A stretch of DNA of 63,128 nucleotides, the filler included, from Vezdaea acicularis (taxonomy: Eukaryota), in NCBI GenBank assembly GCA_026025075.1. It is 5 parts of 5 records of this genome, joined end to end, with 100 filler letters (N's around TTAATTAATTAA, not from the genome) between each part and the next. Parts side by side here need not be neighbours in the genome. Positions count along the whole stretch, not along the records: positions 13,135 to 26,094 come from JAPEUI010000240.1; positions 26,195 to 39,016 come from JAPEUI010000241.1; 3 more parts are not named here. One strand, written 5' to 3'. Positions 25,420 through 37,876 of the stretch are shown piece after piece; the stretch's first letter is position 1; each line of letters opens with the position of its first letter. The translations under genes and the position numbers were made by a program. Below the pieces are notes generated by a model that was not told the origin of the DNA, did no database searches, and saw only the letters and a list, made by a program, of their open reading frames with translations.

Positions 25420-26094
25420 GGTGCAGACTTCCGCATTAACCCGCTCGCACACGCTGCACTCAAGCCATTAATCAGCCGAAAAAAAGTATTGGATAAGTGA
25501 AGAAATGGAAAGTTCTAGACGGCTCAGGGGACAGGTCGCGGGCGAGCCGAGAGATTGGAGAGTGTGGAGAGGTGAGGCTTGGGGTGGGGAATAGCTGAAC
25601 CGCCGTTTTTTCGAGCGAGGTTCCAAGGCGACGAGAAAATTCGCCTGTCCTCGGCTAACGAAGCGATGATTAAGGTTTCCGCGCTAAACCCAAACCCTCC
25701 TCCCACCCTTGCATTTCGAGAAGCGAAGCTCTCGCATCTGACTCAGCATGCTCGGTAAAGCAAGGCTGGAGAGAGAGAAGGGGGTTGATATCTACGAATA
25801 GTGGTGGCAAGGAGGGAACTGATTACGTGGTGGCGGTACATTCACACATTGCACGTACCGGGAGAGAGAGGATATGATGTGTCGGGAGATTCTTGATATT
25901 TGTAGACGTACATATAACGCTAATATAGCTATTTTGCGAAGCTTACTACTTCACCGATCATTCACCGCCCGCGCCAGTTTGATCCCCTCGCGAGCCCAAC
26001 TTGAAGAAAGGACGCAAGTCTCATAACCCAAGCCTGAGAAATGAAGCAAGTGGGCATGGCTGTGGATGTGTCAAAGAGAGCGCCATATAGATGC

Positions 26095-26194
26095 NNNNNN
26101 NNNNNNNNNNNNNNNNNNNNNNNNNNNNNNNNNNNNNNTTAATTAATTAANNNNNNNNNNNNNNNNNNNNNNNNNNNNNNNNNNNNNNNNNNNN
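26095..26194. other. Artificial contig spacer
   Basis: Identical 100-nt N/TTAATTAATTAA linker. Confidence 0.98.
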
Positions 26195-26369
26195 GGGCTG
26201 CTGCGTGCGGCGTGAGGGGCGCCCTCGACCTCGACCACGCCGACGAAACCTGCCCGGCCCCCGACCGTCCTGTCCGCATACGTCGCGCTGCATCGCTCTA
26301 GCTGCAACTCGCTGCCCTCGCTGCCCGCCGCTCCACCGACACTGACCTTACCACCTCCACTACGTACGT

Positions 26370-26550
26370 CCACACGCACACACACACACACACACCACAC
26401 TACTACCACCACAACCACTCCTCCTCCTCCTGCTCCTCCTCCTCCACCATTTTCTCCTCCTCCACCATTTTCTCCTCCTCCACCATTTTCTCCTCCTCCA
26501 CCATTTTCTCCTCCTCCTCGTCCTGCTCTTCCTCCATCTCCACCTCCACC
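26370..26550. repeat. (CA)n microsatellite plus 18-bp tandem repeat TCTCCTCCTCCACCATTT (about 4 copies)
   Basis: Directly visible upstream of the CENP-B-type gene. Confidence 0.85.
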
Positions 26551-27006
26551 GCACGCTGCAGCAGCAATTGTCCTGATCAACACCTTCGCCCACCGTCGCC
26601 CCGTCCGCGTGCGTCTCGTCGTCGCCCGTCGCTCCTTCCTCCGCGTCCTCGCTCGTGGCTGCTGCTTCCGGCGCCCTCGTGGTCCGCGCACCGCCGCGTC
26701 GCTACACCCGGCAGGTGCGACCCTCGCTCATGCACCGGGAGCGTGGTGGGCCTGGTACATCACCAACCTCGAGCTCGGCTGTGTCCTCGTGAGCGAAAGA
26801 TCATGCATGCACCTCTCCGCACCTGAGGTCGTCTCGTCTTAGTCCCAGGAACGTCGCCCGACCGGAGCACTGGGGCCATCTTTTTGGATTTTGGATTTTG
26901 GATTTTTCAGCATCAACCGTTCCGCTCCACCATCGCCGTGCGCATCGCCGCGAAGCAATACCTCCCCATCGACTCTTGCGTGTGGAGTCTCCCCGTCGGC
27001 CGGTGC

Positions 27007-28942
27007 ATGCCTTTCATGGAAGCCACGACCGCGCCCGACAACCCGCACAGCATGCACGACTCGATGATCGCCCAGATGGAGATGAACAGCAATGCCGGCC
27101 ACGGCCACGACAACGATTTCCATGGTTCGCACTGGGTCGACATGAACAGCTATAACCCGTCGCAGCACCAGTCCCCCGCCCACGAGTACAATGGCTTCAG
27201 CTTCATCACCTCCCCGCAATCGTTGTCGGTCGACTCGTCGTTTACGCGGATGAGCCCGCCCGCCTCCACCTCGCACCCGCCGCTGCAACCGTTGATCATG
27301 CCGCAATGGCCGAGCATGTTGACGAGCCCGAGCACGAGCAGCTCGACCTTCAGCTCCCCGCCCATCCTGCCCACCGCACCCGCGTCGGCGCCCATGTCCG
27401 TCTCGACCTCGAGTCGCTCGACCCATTCGCTGTCGAATCCGAACCCGCGAAAGACCCTGACCGACGCCGACCGGCGGAAGATGTGTCAGTATCATGAGGA
27501 CAACCCGACCGTGAAGCAGACCGAGATTGGAGGTGAGCGGAGATACCTTGCGGGGCGGCGCCCCACGATGATCTTGATCAAATGCTAACTGAACCGTCTT
27601 GCAGCAATGTTCGGCGTCGAGAGAAGGTTAGTCGCAGAGAAACGAGAGAGAAAAGCCGACTGAATGGCGGCGAAGCGAAGTCAAATGCTGACCGAATCTG
27701 TACAGTACCGTTTCCAAAGTGTTGAGGCAGAAGGAGAAATATCTGTTCCCCGACGATGGCAGCAAATCGCCCATCAAGCGCTCCAAGGGCAAATTCCCCG
27801 ACATCGAGCGAGCATTGTCGAATTGGGCCCGGAACTCGCAGAAGCAGGGCGTGGCCGTCACCGACGCCATGATCCGAGAGAAGGCTCGCTTCTTCGCGAC
27901 GACGGTCGGGAACTCGGAGAGCTTCATCAAGGTGAACAGCACCTCCTGGCTCGAGAAGTTCAAGCAGAAGAACAGCATCGCCGGTGCCAAGGGCAAGAAG
28001 AACTCGTCGAAACGCGCCAAGGAGAATGCAGAGCGTTCGGCGAACGCATCGCCCGCTCTGCTCCCCGCGGGCGTCTCTCCAGCCTCTCCCGCTTCTCCCC
28101 AGGCCAACTCGCAGAACAACACCAAAGCATCGTCTCCCGAGTCCTACATGGGCTTCCAGAGCGGATTCCGGACCTCTGCTCCCCAGTCGAGCACCTCCCT
28201 CTCCCAGACGTACACCGAGACCGCCAACGCACCGGGCTCCTTCTCTGCTGGTCCTGCCTCGCCCACCTCGCCCTATTTCACCGACTCCAACGGCAATCCC
28301 ACCCCCTTTGTCCCCATCCAATCCGCACGTCTTCCCCCGCCGTCCACCTTCTCCCGGCCCCGCTCCCAGACTTTCCCCCTCGTCAACATGGAGCCAGGCT
28401 ACATCTCGCCCCCGCCCAGCTCGGAGCCCATGACCCCCAAGTACATGGCGCCGACGACCTTGCAGTCCCCCATGGAAGACGGCAACATGATGCTCCCGCC
28501 GCTCCCCCAGGCGCATTCGCAGCAGCAGCAGCAGCAACAGCAACAGGGCGTCGCCATGGACAGATATTCCCCTTCCGACCACCACAACAACCACCACCAC
28601 CACCTGAGCTCGCCCGCTATGGCCCCCCCGCCTCCCACGCTGAACATGAACATGAACGTCACCAACACGCACCACCCGCGCCTCTCGCCTGCTAGCACGC
28701 CGCTGAGCTCCGTTCCCGGCTCGCCGACGCAGGACGAGGCGCGCCAGGCGCTCGAGGTGGTCCTCCAGTTCTTCCAGAAGCAGCCGCGCGGCGCCGTCGA
28801 CCAGAGCGAGTACGTCGTCATGGGCAAGCTGATGGAGCGCCTCGGCATCCGCCGCCCAAGCCTGAGCGTCGTGCGCGAGGACGCCGGTGCCGCCGCGCAG
28901 TACCTCCCCATGGGCGGCCTGCAGGGGCAGCATGTCATCTAA
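27007..28942 (+). CDS. CENP-B/Tc5-type HTH DNA-binding protein without a DDE domain
   Basis: RKTLTDADRRKMC..KQTEIG/AMFGVER/STVSKVLRQKEKYL and FPDIERALSNW..IREKARFFA..SWLEKFKQKN; introns ~27533-27603 and ~27627-27705; poly-Q/His tail. Confidence 0.88.
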
Positions 28943-29964
28943 GAGGTCTGAGGGGGGTGTCCGAAAGGTGCCTGGAGCGTGTAGAGGAGTGTTTTTCTAT
29001 CTTTCATCTTCCATTTTCCATTTTGATCATTTTCTTTCTCTATCAAGGGGTCACGGAGGGGTAACGGAGCGGAGTTGATATATATACGTCTGCCTCGCGG
29101 CACCGGCTGGCGCTGGTCGCCCTTTTTCTTTCTTGGATTGTTTCCTTTCCTTTCTCGCTTTCCTCTCTTTTTCTTTCCGGTTCATTTTCCTTGTTTTCCT
29201 ATCCATCGCGCTGTCTATATGTCCACCTCTTCGTCGGCGTCAGGACCAACACCAGCACATTTATTCGGTTTCTCGCTGCTTCTCGTATACCACCTCACCA
29301 CAGCTCCACAGCGCCATTCATACATGTGGTGGGTTCAATGATCATCGACCGCTGGTGTTACTACTACAACTATCAAACTATCACTGCTAAATAACCCAAT
29401 CACCACCACCAACCACCGGCTTCCGGCATGAGACGGGCAAAAACGGCGAATTTGCTAAGACTGGCTTTTTATTTATCCGCTCGCGCGGCCTTTTTCTCAT
29501 TTTTTTCTCCCCTTTTTGTTGTATAGTTTGTTTCTGGGGAGGGTCTTGGTCTTTGTATAGTACGGTGGGAATGTGGGATGTGGATGGGATGGAGGGTGAA
29601 GGGGGTGAAGCAGGCAGGCAGAGGGGAAAGGAGGGCTGGGATTCCTTTCAGGGAGGCACGGAGAGAGCGGTACGGAAGTTGTGTTTTGGAGATGAGAAGC
29701 AGGAGGAGGAGGAGGAGCGTCGTCTATTCCATCTCCCTAGCTTACTAGCCACACTCCCCCCCTTCCTTCCGAGCTTTGCGCAATACAAAGCACGGACAAG
29801 GGGGAAGAGGGAAAAGGGGAGATAGGTAGCAGACACGCACGACCCTAACGAACGCGGCGGCATTCTTCCCCCCAAAAGTCCCCTCCCATTTTCCTCTTAT
29901 GTGACTATCTGCACATTTACTACTTGTTCTTGTTCTTGTCTTATCCATCTGCCTAACTAACCCA

Positions 29965-32834
29965 TCACCGCACCACCCCCTCCACCCGCTCCCCGAGCAA
30001 CTCCTCCACGCCCTTCCCTCCCATCTCCGGTAACAGTCTCAGCACCACGGTATCCAGCACCGCGAAAACCAGGTGTCGCGTCAAGTACGGGTCTGCAAAA
30101 ACATCTAATTCGCGCTCTATACTCTCTATTTTCTGCGCGTGGCTGGTTGTGGCGAGGTAAGTGTTTGTGAGGGAGGTGGGGAAGAGGGAGAGTATGGTGT
30201 GTGCGCACTTCCGCCGGATGAGGAGGCGGGTGGGACCTGAGGGGGGAGGGGGAGGGGGGGTGGGTGGGAAGAGGGTGCTGCGGAGGGAGAGGAGGAGGGG
30301 GGGGAGGTTGGTTGGTGAGAGGAAGGGCGTTAGCAGGGAGGAGAGGGATCTGTGTTGAGAAGGGGAGGAGGTTAGCCTTTGCGTTCGAGAGGGGGGTAAT
30401 GGGGCCGTATCAAGGAGAGGAGCAGAGAACAGATGGAGGGGGCGTAGGAAAAGGGTAGTTGGATAGCGTGGGCGAGAATGAAACGCAGATTGTTCCGACG
30501 GAGGAGAAAGGGCGTTAATGCCCAAGCCCGCTAGGCAAGCCAAGGTGTGGTCCCCAGGGCGGGGCAGCTCCGGTAGAGAGGGAGGGGACGGAGGAGAGAA
30601 GGACCAGGGATATTGCGCTCCTCAGGGGTGTGGCCTTAGGACAGAGCCATGACGGCGATGTCGGAATGAATGTCCACCCCACCCACGCCCACAAGCGCGG
30701 GCCCCTCTCGATGTCACCCTCGATATCGATGATGATGATGATGATGATGAAGGTGAGGGGTCTGCTCGGCCGCGATTGAGATGCCCGTTTCGCGGGAGGA
30801 TGCGGATTGGACAGCCGCCGGGCCGAGAACGGGAGCGCGGCCCAAGCGGGCGCCTAGGCGCGTAGCATGAGTGGACGCCTTCTGCGGCGCAGAAGAGGTG
30901 AGAGACCGCAAAAGGCCCCAACAAAAGCCCAGAAGGGGGTCCTCGGGATGGCAGATGAAATTGGTCGACTGCCAGGGAAAAAGGGAGCGTGCGCGGGAAG
31001 AAAATGGCCCCTCGTGCCCATAACACCATGCTCGCGGGGAATTTCGCAAACGGTTGCTGGCCGCGTTTGTGCTGGTGTTGTGTGTGGGTGGGAGATTCGA
31101 TGGTCGATGGTTTACTGGGACCGGGGGGCCATGGGCGGTAGGCGAATATGCGTGGCGTGGCGGGTGAGGTAAGTGCTTCCGCGCCGTGCAGCTGGCTGGG
31201 GCCCCGATCGGGTCGGCCGCAGGAAGGACTCGATAGGCCGCTGATTGGCCGGCTTGCCGGTCAAGTGACCGAAAGTTCATGCGGGCGGGATAAGGACCCG
31301 CGGCCAGTGAGCGGGCAGGAACAGGGAGGGAACGGCCGGCTGGGGGAAGTATAAGACACGCAGGGGGAAGCGATGGGGTCCGGAATGGGGAAGGTGATCA
31401 TCGCGGGCTGGTTGCGGGCTGCGAAAAACGGACGGAGGAAAAAGCTGACTTACTTGTCGATGAGCCTGTCAGGCGAGGCGAGCCGGCCGGGCCCGTTCAG
31501 TAGCAGGTGTTGGACGAGCGCGAGGCTACCAGACAGCCACGGCTGACGCTGGGGCAGCCGGAGGACCGTCGCCGTGAGACTGAAGATGTGGAACCTGATG
31601 ATCGGCCGGGCGGCGATCGCAGAGCTCGCGGAACTGTTGGGCGGGCCGTGGGCGGTCCGAGACGCTCGGGTGGACGAGCTGACGAGCGTTGCGATTATGA
31701 AGCGCATCGCCGTAAGCGTGAGAAAGGCGTATTGGACGAACTGCCAGAACAGTCGCTCCAGCACGAACGGCGACTTCCGTTGTCTGACTTTCGATACCGC
31801 GCGATCCTGGAATTCGGCCGTTGATGGGCTGGCCGCCGAGTCGGTGGCTGCGAGCGTTGCAGCGGCTGTCGCCGGCTCAACTTCGCTTGTGTTCGATAGT
31901 CGTGTCTGTAGCAATTCGACAAGTTTCGTGATGCCTTCCCACCAAACGTAATCTTCGCAAGCTTTCCCACTGAGCCCAGCGCCCAATACGATCTCTCCGA
32001 TGATGTCCCCAACAAGCGTTCGGAGACAGTTGTTCCCTAGATCCTCGGGCGGGAGGAGGAGGGCTAGTACTCCTTGCGCGAGCAATTGTCGATATGCAGC
32101 TTCATTATCGCTCTGTTCCTTGATGGTCGAGGGTACGACAGGATCTGGTACGGGCGATAATGCTGGATGAGGCCGAAGGGCATGGTAAACCTGGTGAGGA
32201 TCGGAAGCTATCGACGGAGGATGCAAAGGCTCGTGGGCGGTTCGATAAGCTGATGTAGCCCAATCGTCAGCATATCTTCAGCGAACGACAAAACTTTCAA
32301 ATATAAGATTATACCGATGATATGGGCCTCTAACAGGGCAGGCAATTCATCAAATACCAATGACTCGAGGTCCACATTTCGTAGCCTCTGCTCCAATGCC
32401 CTCGTACAATGTGCGATGACTTGTATCACCTCTTCGACGAACACATGATCTGGCGTTATTTTCGCATACCACGAGTACACGAAGTCGCGTATGATGATAG
32501 CGATGAAGGCGTAGAGCTGGAGATCCACTTCATTCGAGCTGGTCAACGGAGGTAGAACATCCTTGATAGGCCTGGGCGAAGCACGCCCTTTCTCCGCACC
32601 GCTGCCATGACTCGTGTGAGCAACTAAGACACGACGGATGAGCGCTGCGGTTGCTTTATCTGAAGTTGTATCAGGCGGATGTTGTTGATGACCTCGACGA
32701 GCTTGATGAGAAGGTGCCTTTACGGGCGACTCTTTCGACGAGGCCGTGGCGCTTGCGACCGAGGTGTTGAATGTCGCAGCTGCTTTCAACTTGGGCTGGA
32801 GATTTGTCGGTGCCCTTGTGGACATAGAGGTCAT
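29965..32834 (-). CDS. PXA-domain protein
   Basis: LPPLTSSNEVDLQLYAFIAIIIRDFVYSWYAKITPD, YHALRPHPAL, E.AYRQLLAQGVLA and C-terminal LDVFADPYL.RHLVF; the last intron 30350-31453 keeps the frame. Confidence 0.85.
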
Positions 32835-33582
32835 CGCTCGAGATCTATCTGACCCGTTCTCATGATCGAAGCATCAGACCTCGAATGCCTTCACATGCTG
32901 ACATCTGCGCTGTATCGATTTTCGGTCGTGTGTCAGCCGACGATGGTCAGTTGCGATGCTGTTGATAGGGTCCGGCTAAAGCGGCGGGCAAGTCGACCCC
33001 TTTTGGAAATTATCTGGAGATTGATATACCCACCACGAATACCTTGCTTGGATTTTTTAAAAAGATGCGTTCGATGCGTATTGATATAGCATATTTTACA
33101 TAGCGGAATACTTGGGTCATATAAAATTTGGATCATACAATTTCCCCAAACCCGCGTTTCGATGTCCATAAACATCTGGCAAGATCTAAATGTTCCGACA
33201 CCGCGCTAAGAGCATCTCCTTTTCTCTTTCTTGATGGATCTTTAGGGGAACATCAATTTAAAAGCATTTTGAATCTTAGATCATTTGGACGCTTACTTCA
33301 GAATCCTAGTTGAACTCTTAGCAGTGAGGTGTTTAAAATTTTATCACTGTCGTCGGTCTAGCCCGCCGCTTTGACGAAACTGAGGTGGCACCTGCCAAAA
33401 ATGGCTCTTATCCCCCCTTCGCTTATCGGTGATAGTCTAGACCCCGCCAAATGCCAGTACACTTGACCCTGAACCTCAACGACAGATCAACGCATCGACA
33501 GATGCTCTTAGATCCTCGACGTGCCTTTGGTACGCTCGGGAGGATACTATATCATTAAGATTCACCTCTAAGAGCATTACAT

Positions 33583-35688
33583 ATGATGGCGATGGCGCAG
33601 TTCAACCCAGGCCAAACGGTCCATACGCCAACAGACATGTCACCAGCTACCCCTACCTCCGGAGGCATCCCCTTCGAGCAATCAACAAAGATGAAAGGGC
33701 ATCGAAGATTGTTTCAACGGCTGCAAAGAATGTCGTCTTCTCCCTCCCTGGTCAAGCTCAGTCGTGCGTCTTCCTACAGATCCGATGGCCGAGGGTCCAT
33801 GTCCTGCATGTCCCTTTCATCGCCAAGCTCTTCAGGGAATGGGCATTCACCATCGAATTCGCAATCGTCGCAGTCCTCAACGGACTTTTCGACAGCTCCC
33901 ACTTCAGTTGCAGGTACACCTGGTGTAGAGAATGCAGATTTCTCTTTCAACAAAGCTTCTATCAACATACTCAATTCCGAGATGCCAGGAGGGTTTCATT
34001 CCCCGATAGACATCACCATACCATCTGAAATCCGTCTACTACCAAGCCCACAGCTTGGAACATTCCTAGAAGGTTCTGAGATGATTGAGAATTATTTTGA
34101 TATTCCAAATGGTCATGTAGAAGCGGTAAAGCCCAAAGGACGGGAGAATTTCGATTTCTGGGGTATGATGCCTTGCGAATTGAAGTTCCATATCCTTCGG
34201 TATATGACGCACGCAGAACTCATCAAGGCCTCGCGGGTGTCAAAGGCATGGCATGAAACTTGCTTCGATGGACAGCTCTGGCAGACAATTGACGCATGGG
34301 ACTATTATCAGATGATCTCCTCTCAACAGCTGAAGAGGATTGTCCGGAGGGCAGGCCCCTTCGTTAAGACTTTGAATCTGAGAGGGTGCCGTCAGCTTGA
34401 AGAGGAATGGGCAAGAGGCTTCATCGACGTCTGCGAGAACTTGGAGTCTGTAAATCTTCAGGGATGCGGCATACAGCGGGCTGGCCTTAGGAACCTATTT
34501 ACTCGAAATACACGGCTGGCCCATCTCGATGTTCAGGGTATTCAAGCTGTCAACAACTCTGTTTGCAAGGTGCTCGCCAATAGCTGTCCTGACCTGGAAT
34601 TTTTGGACGTATCATTTTGTAATAGTGTCAGTGCGAAAGGTATACTCAAAGTCGTCGAAAGCTGCCATAAGCTACGCACTTTAAGAGCCGGAGAGGTGGG
34701 TGGATTTGATGAAGAGACGATGCTGAGCATGTTTGAAGTCAATTCTCTCCAAAGACTCGATTTGCGAGAATGCAAGTCTGTCACCGACGAGGTCTTCAAA
34801 GCCCTGATCCAAGGGAAGAGTGGCGAGATCGATGTTCTCACTGGTCGAGTCATTGTGCCTCCTCGCAAATTGGTGCATCTGGATCTCAGCGGATGCTCTA
34901 GCCTTACGGACCGGGCACTTGAGACGCTCGTTGATAACGTCCCGGACCTGAAGTTTCTTCGGTTATACAAATGTGATTTACTCACAGATGCGTTGTTCAA
35001 GAATTTGCTACCTACAATTCCGAAGCTCGAGGTTCTCAATGTTGAAGAGTGCCATCTTCTTACCAATGCAACTCTACAAGAATTGGCCCAGTCGCCATGT
35101 GCCGACAATCTCAAGTATCTTACTATTAGCGATTGCGAGAATCTCGGCGACGGAGGAATGCTTCCGGTTCTTAAGGCGTGCTCCAATCTCGAAGGTCTTA
35201 GCATGGACAACACCCGTATTGGGGACTTGACACTTGTCGAAGCTGCCAGCATAATGAAAAAGAAAGCATGGAAGGTACCACGTTCGAACGGACTACCATT
35301 TATTGGCATGAAGATGGAAGTCTTTGACTGTCAGAACGTAACTTGGACAGGCGTTCGAGCGGTACTTGCACGAAATGCTGAAGCGAAGCGTCCATCCAAT
35401 TGTCAAAGAGGGATCATTAGTTTGCATTGTTTCTATGGCTGGCAACAGATGGTCAACGAGCATGAGAAGCGTGTGCTCGGTGGCGACTTCACAGCAGCTG
35501 GCAGACTAGAAAGGAAATGGGCTGAGTACATGATGTCGTGTGAAGAAGCAGGCCTTCAGGGGTCCGGTTTCCGCAGGAGACAAAGGAGACGGCGCGATGC
35601 TTTCATGCAAGCTGACTTGGAAGAAGGGGGCACCGGCCTGACTGTCGGCAGAAGAAGAGCTAGAAGTGGAGGTTGCGTTGTCATGTGA
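33583..35688 (+). CDS. F-box/leucine-rich-repeat protein (FBXL2-like) with C-terminal CaaX box
   Basis: F-box MPCELKFHILRY..RVSKAWHETCFDGQLW, multiple Cys-containing LRRs, and ends in CVVM. Confidence 0.9.
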   Translation: MMAMAQFNPGQTVHTPTDMSPATPTSGGIPFEQSTKMKGHRRLFQRLQRMSSSPSLVKLSRASSYRSDGRGSMSCMSLSSPSSSGNGHSPSNSQSSQSSTDFSTAPTSVAGTPGVENADFSFNKASINILNSEMPGGFHSPIDITIPSEIRLLPSPQLGTFLEGSEMIENYFDIPNGHVEAVKPKGRENFDFWGMMPCELKFHILRYMTHAELIKASRVSKAWHETCFDGQLWQTIDAWDYYQMISSQQLKRIVRRAGPFVKTLNLRGCRQLEEEWARGFIDVCENLESVNLQGCGIQRAGLRNLFTRNTRLAHLDVQGIQAVNNSVCKVLANSCPDLEFLDVSFCNSVSAKGILKVVESCHKLRTLRAGEVGGFDEETMLSMFEVNSLQRLDLRECKSVTDEVFKALIQGKSGEIDVLTGRVIVPPRKLVHLDLSGCSSLTDRALETLVDNVPDLKFLRLYKCDLLTDALFKNLLPTIPKLEVLNVEECHLLTNATLQELAQSPCADNLKYLTISDCENLGDGGMLPVLKACSNLEGLSMDNTRIGDLTLVEAASIMKKKAWKVPRSNGLPFIGMKMEVFDCQNVTWTGVRAVLARNAEAKRPSNCQRGIISLHCFYGWQQMVNEHEKRVLGGDFTAAGRLERKWAEYMMSCEEAGLQGSGFRRRQRRRRDAFMQADLEEGGTGLTVGRRRARSGGCVVM

Positions 35689-36440
35689 AATTGCATCAAC
35701 TGCATAGAGGTGTTGTGTTGTAGCGGCGCTCTGGTAAGGGCCTTTTCTGTACTCACCGCTCTCATATAGATTTCTTTCTTTCTTATGTTCTGCACGGAGT
35801 TGGTTTGATTCTGGAGTTGCTCGAGGGGTCTTAGGCTCGGAACGAGGGGCGATATAGGATGGTGCAGGATGGACATGAGGGGATTGGAGCGTGGGTGGCA
35901 TTGGGTAGTCCATCTTCTAATTGGATCTTCATGCCATTGGAGCTGGGATTTGGGTAACGAGCGTCTATCCCTTTTGGCTTATTGTTTTGGTTGTATGACA
36001 GCGCTCGGTGTATGGTAACCATCTAACACACCTATACAATGACTTTGCACCTCCTCTTGATTGCACTTACGTTGCTCCTGCGTTGTCTTCAAACACCTAG
36101 AACAATGCTCCCCCATCATCATCGTTCTACATCGATGCCTCCCCAGATCGGCCTCGATATCCTCATACACCTGATGCTGCATGTAGCTCGTCAGGGGCTC
36201 TAGGGCCTTTGAACCGCGACGAGTAGGACTGTGGAGCATGGAATTAATGGGCGAAGCCACAGGTAGCGTTATATGGATCTAATAGACTGCTAGGGGGCGC
36301 CTCCTGGGATTCAGTGTAGAGTTGGGGGCCTTCCTAGAAATATTGTGATCCGGTCACGAGGACCGATGGACCTTTTCTCCAATACCTCTCATTTCCTCTA
36401 TTTTTGTTGACACCGTGCGCCGTCCCTAGATATCAATGCT

Positions 36441-37004
36441 TCAATTCTGCCTAGGCTTCACGATCTCGTCATGAACGATGTAATACACAACCGTACTATC
36501 ATCACTCAACGTCGCTAGTAAGACCCTCTTCAACCTCTTCCTCCTGCCCTCTCCCTTCCCTTCTCCTGCACCATCTCCATCTCCCACAACCCCCCTTTGC
36601 GCCTCCTCTTCCTCCGGCGGCGGCACAGCCCCGATCCCATCAAACACCTCCGCAAACCTCCTCAAACTCCACTTCTCCTTCAAATGCGTGGGCAGGACCC
36701 ACTCCCACTCCTGTATCTCATTCGCATCGCGTCCGCTCTTCAGCAAGCTCGCTTGCTCGTCTGGATGCACGTATACGCGCTGCGGCGGGAGGCCCGTGAT
36801 GAGTGGGCGTGGGAGGAGGGCGTGAGGTGGCAAAGGCGAAACACTGTGGATGCGGAGAGATGTCCAGTAGTGTGCGTGTTGGAGGTTGTGGAGGATTTGC
36901 TGGGCGAGACGGTATAGGTAGGCTGGGTGTTCGAGGGGTGGATTGGGTTTGAGGAGGAGAGAGAGGGCGGAGGGGTCTGGTGCGTTTGAGGTGGGGGAGG
37001 CCAT
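36441..37004 (-). CDS. SEN15: tRNA-splicing endonuclease subunit Sen15
   Basis: QILHNLQHAHYW, YVHPDEQ, EWVLPTHL.EKWSL and DDSTVVYYIVHDEIVKPRQN. Confidence 0.92.
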   Translation of the reverse strand: MASPTSNAPDPSALSLLLKPNPPLEHPAYLYRLAQQILHNLQHAHYWTSLRIHSVSPLPPHALLPRPLITGLPPQRVYVHPDEQASLLKSGRDANEIQEWEWVLPTHLKEKWSLRRFAEVFDGIGAVPPPEEEEAQRGVVGDGDGAGEGKGEGRRKRLKRVLLATLSDDSTVVYYIVHDEIVKPRQN

Positions 37005-37283
37005 GGGGGCTTTTCAGCGGAGGCTACCGGTACTTGTTGTATAGATGCATGGGAGACCCTATCAAGTGCTGGCTTAGACTTGGTCTTGTAGAGGTCATCG
37101 CTGTGGAGGGAGTAGCTCTAGTTCTGAAAGGGGGTCCATTGTGGATTTTCCCAAAAGTTCGCGAACCTGCGGGGTCCACGAAGTGGACGCGAAACTTTCT
37201 CACCGCCTTCGGCATTTACAGCTTTGCTGATCTCAAATTCCAAACCATCCTACAGCAACGACAAGGATTGATCGTAAGCTCAC

Positions 37284-37784
37284 ATGGAAAAGACGACTCT
37301 TCCAGATATGGCCGATAATTCAAAAACACCATCCGCTGTGGCAATCTCAGCAGATCTTGACACCCAACTGAAGGATTACCTGAACCTCCTAGACGAATAT
37401 CAAACCTTAAGACAGGAGCTCTCGGCAGCTTGCGCTAAGGGCTTCCTCTCTCTTGCACAGGCCAACTTCTCGTCGCCGAACAGAATACGGCATGGCCAAG
37501 ACTTCTACGATGACAGAATGCAAGCTTCGACGAGAGTGACTTCTATATCCTCCGTGGGGAAGTTCGCTGTCTCGTCCGAGACTGTTGTTTCTGGGGAGAA
37601 GGGTTCTAAGGATCCGCTGCGGTGGTATGGGCTCCTTATACCACCAGCCCTCCGACAGTCGCAAGCAAGCTTTGGCCAGGTCGTGAAGGGCCTGGTGCCG
37701 CGCTTGCTTAATGTCACGAGAGAGCTTGAGGTGCTTGGAGCTAGGATTGAAGAAACCAGAGCACGGAAAGAGAGCGTGAAATGA
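37284..37784 (+). CDS. VMA22: V-ATPase assembly factor Vma22/CCDC115-like
   Basis: YLNLLDEYQ..GFLSLAQANF..GQDFYDDRMQA and DPLRWYGLLIPPALRQSQ..F. Confidence 0.85.
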   Translation: MEKTTLPDMADNSKTPSAVAISADLDTQLKDYLNLLDEYQTLRQELSAACAKGFLSLAQANFSSPNRIRHGQDFYDDRMQASTRVTSISSVGKFAVSSETVVSGEKGSKDPLRWYGLLIPPALRQSQASFGQVVKGLVPRLLNVTRELEVLGARIEETRARKESVK

Positions 37785-37876
37785 GTTCATTGCGCAATAC
37801 TACATAATTCTTTTATTATTCATGCAACATGAGCGACCGGAGAGCAACCTGAGAGCAACCTGGCCCAGTTCAGCAT

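Noticed and set aside
27578..28933. 451-aa antisense ORF and similar long shadow ORFs (e.g. 11097-12008, 21824-22543, 34542-35309)
   Set aside because: These are by-products of GC-rich codon bias opposite real genes, with no recognisable domains.
27007..28942. Active Tc5/pogo transposon
   Set aside because: There is no DDE catalytic domain and no terminal inverted repeats, and the gene has introns and a transcription-factor-like tail.
31180..31300. TPP riboswitch in the long PXA intron
   Set aside because: The conserved CUGAGA and downstream aptamer motifs were not found in the right arrangement.
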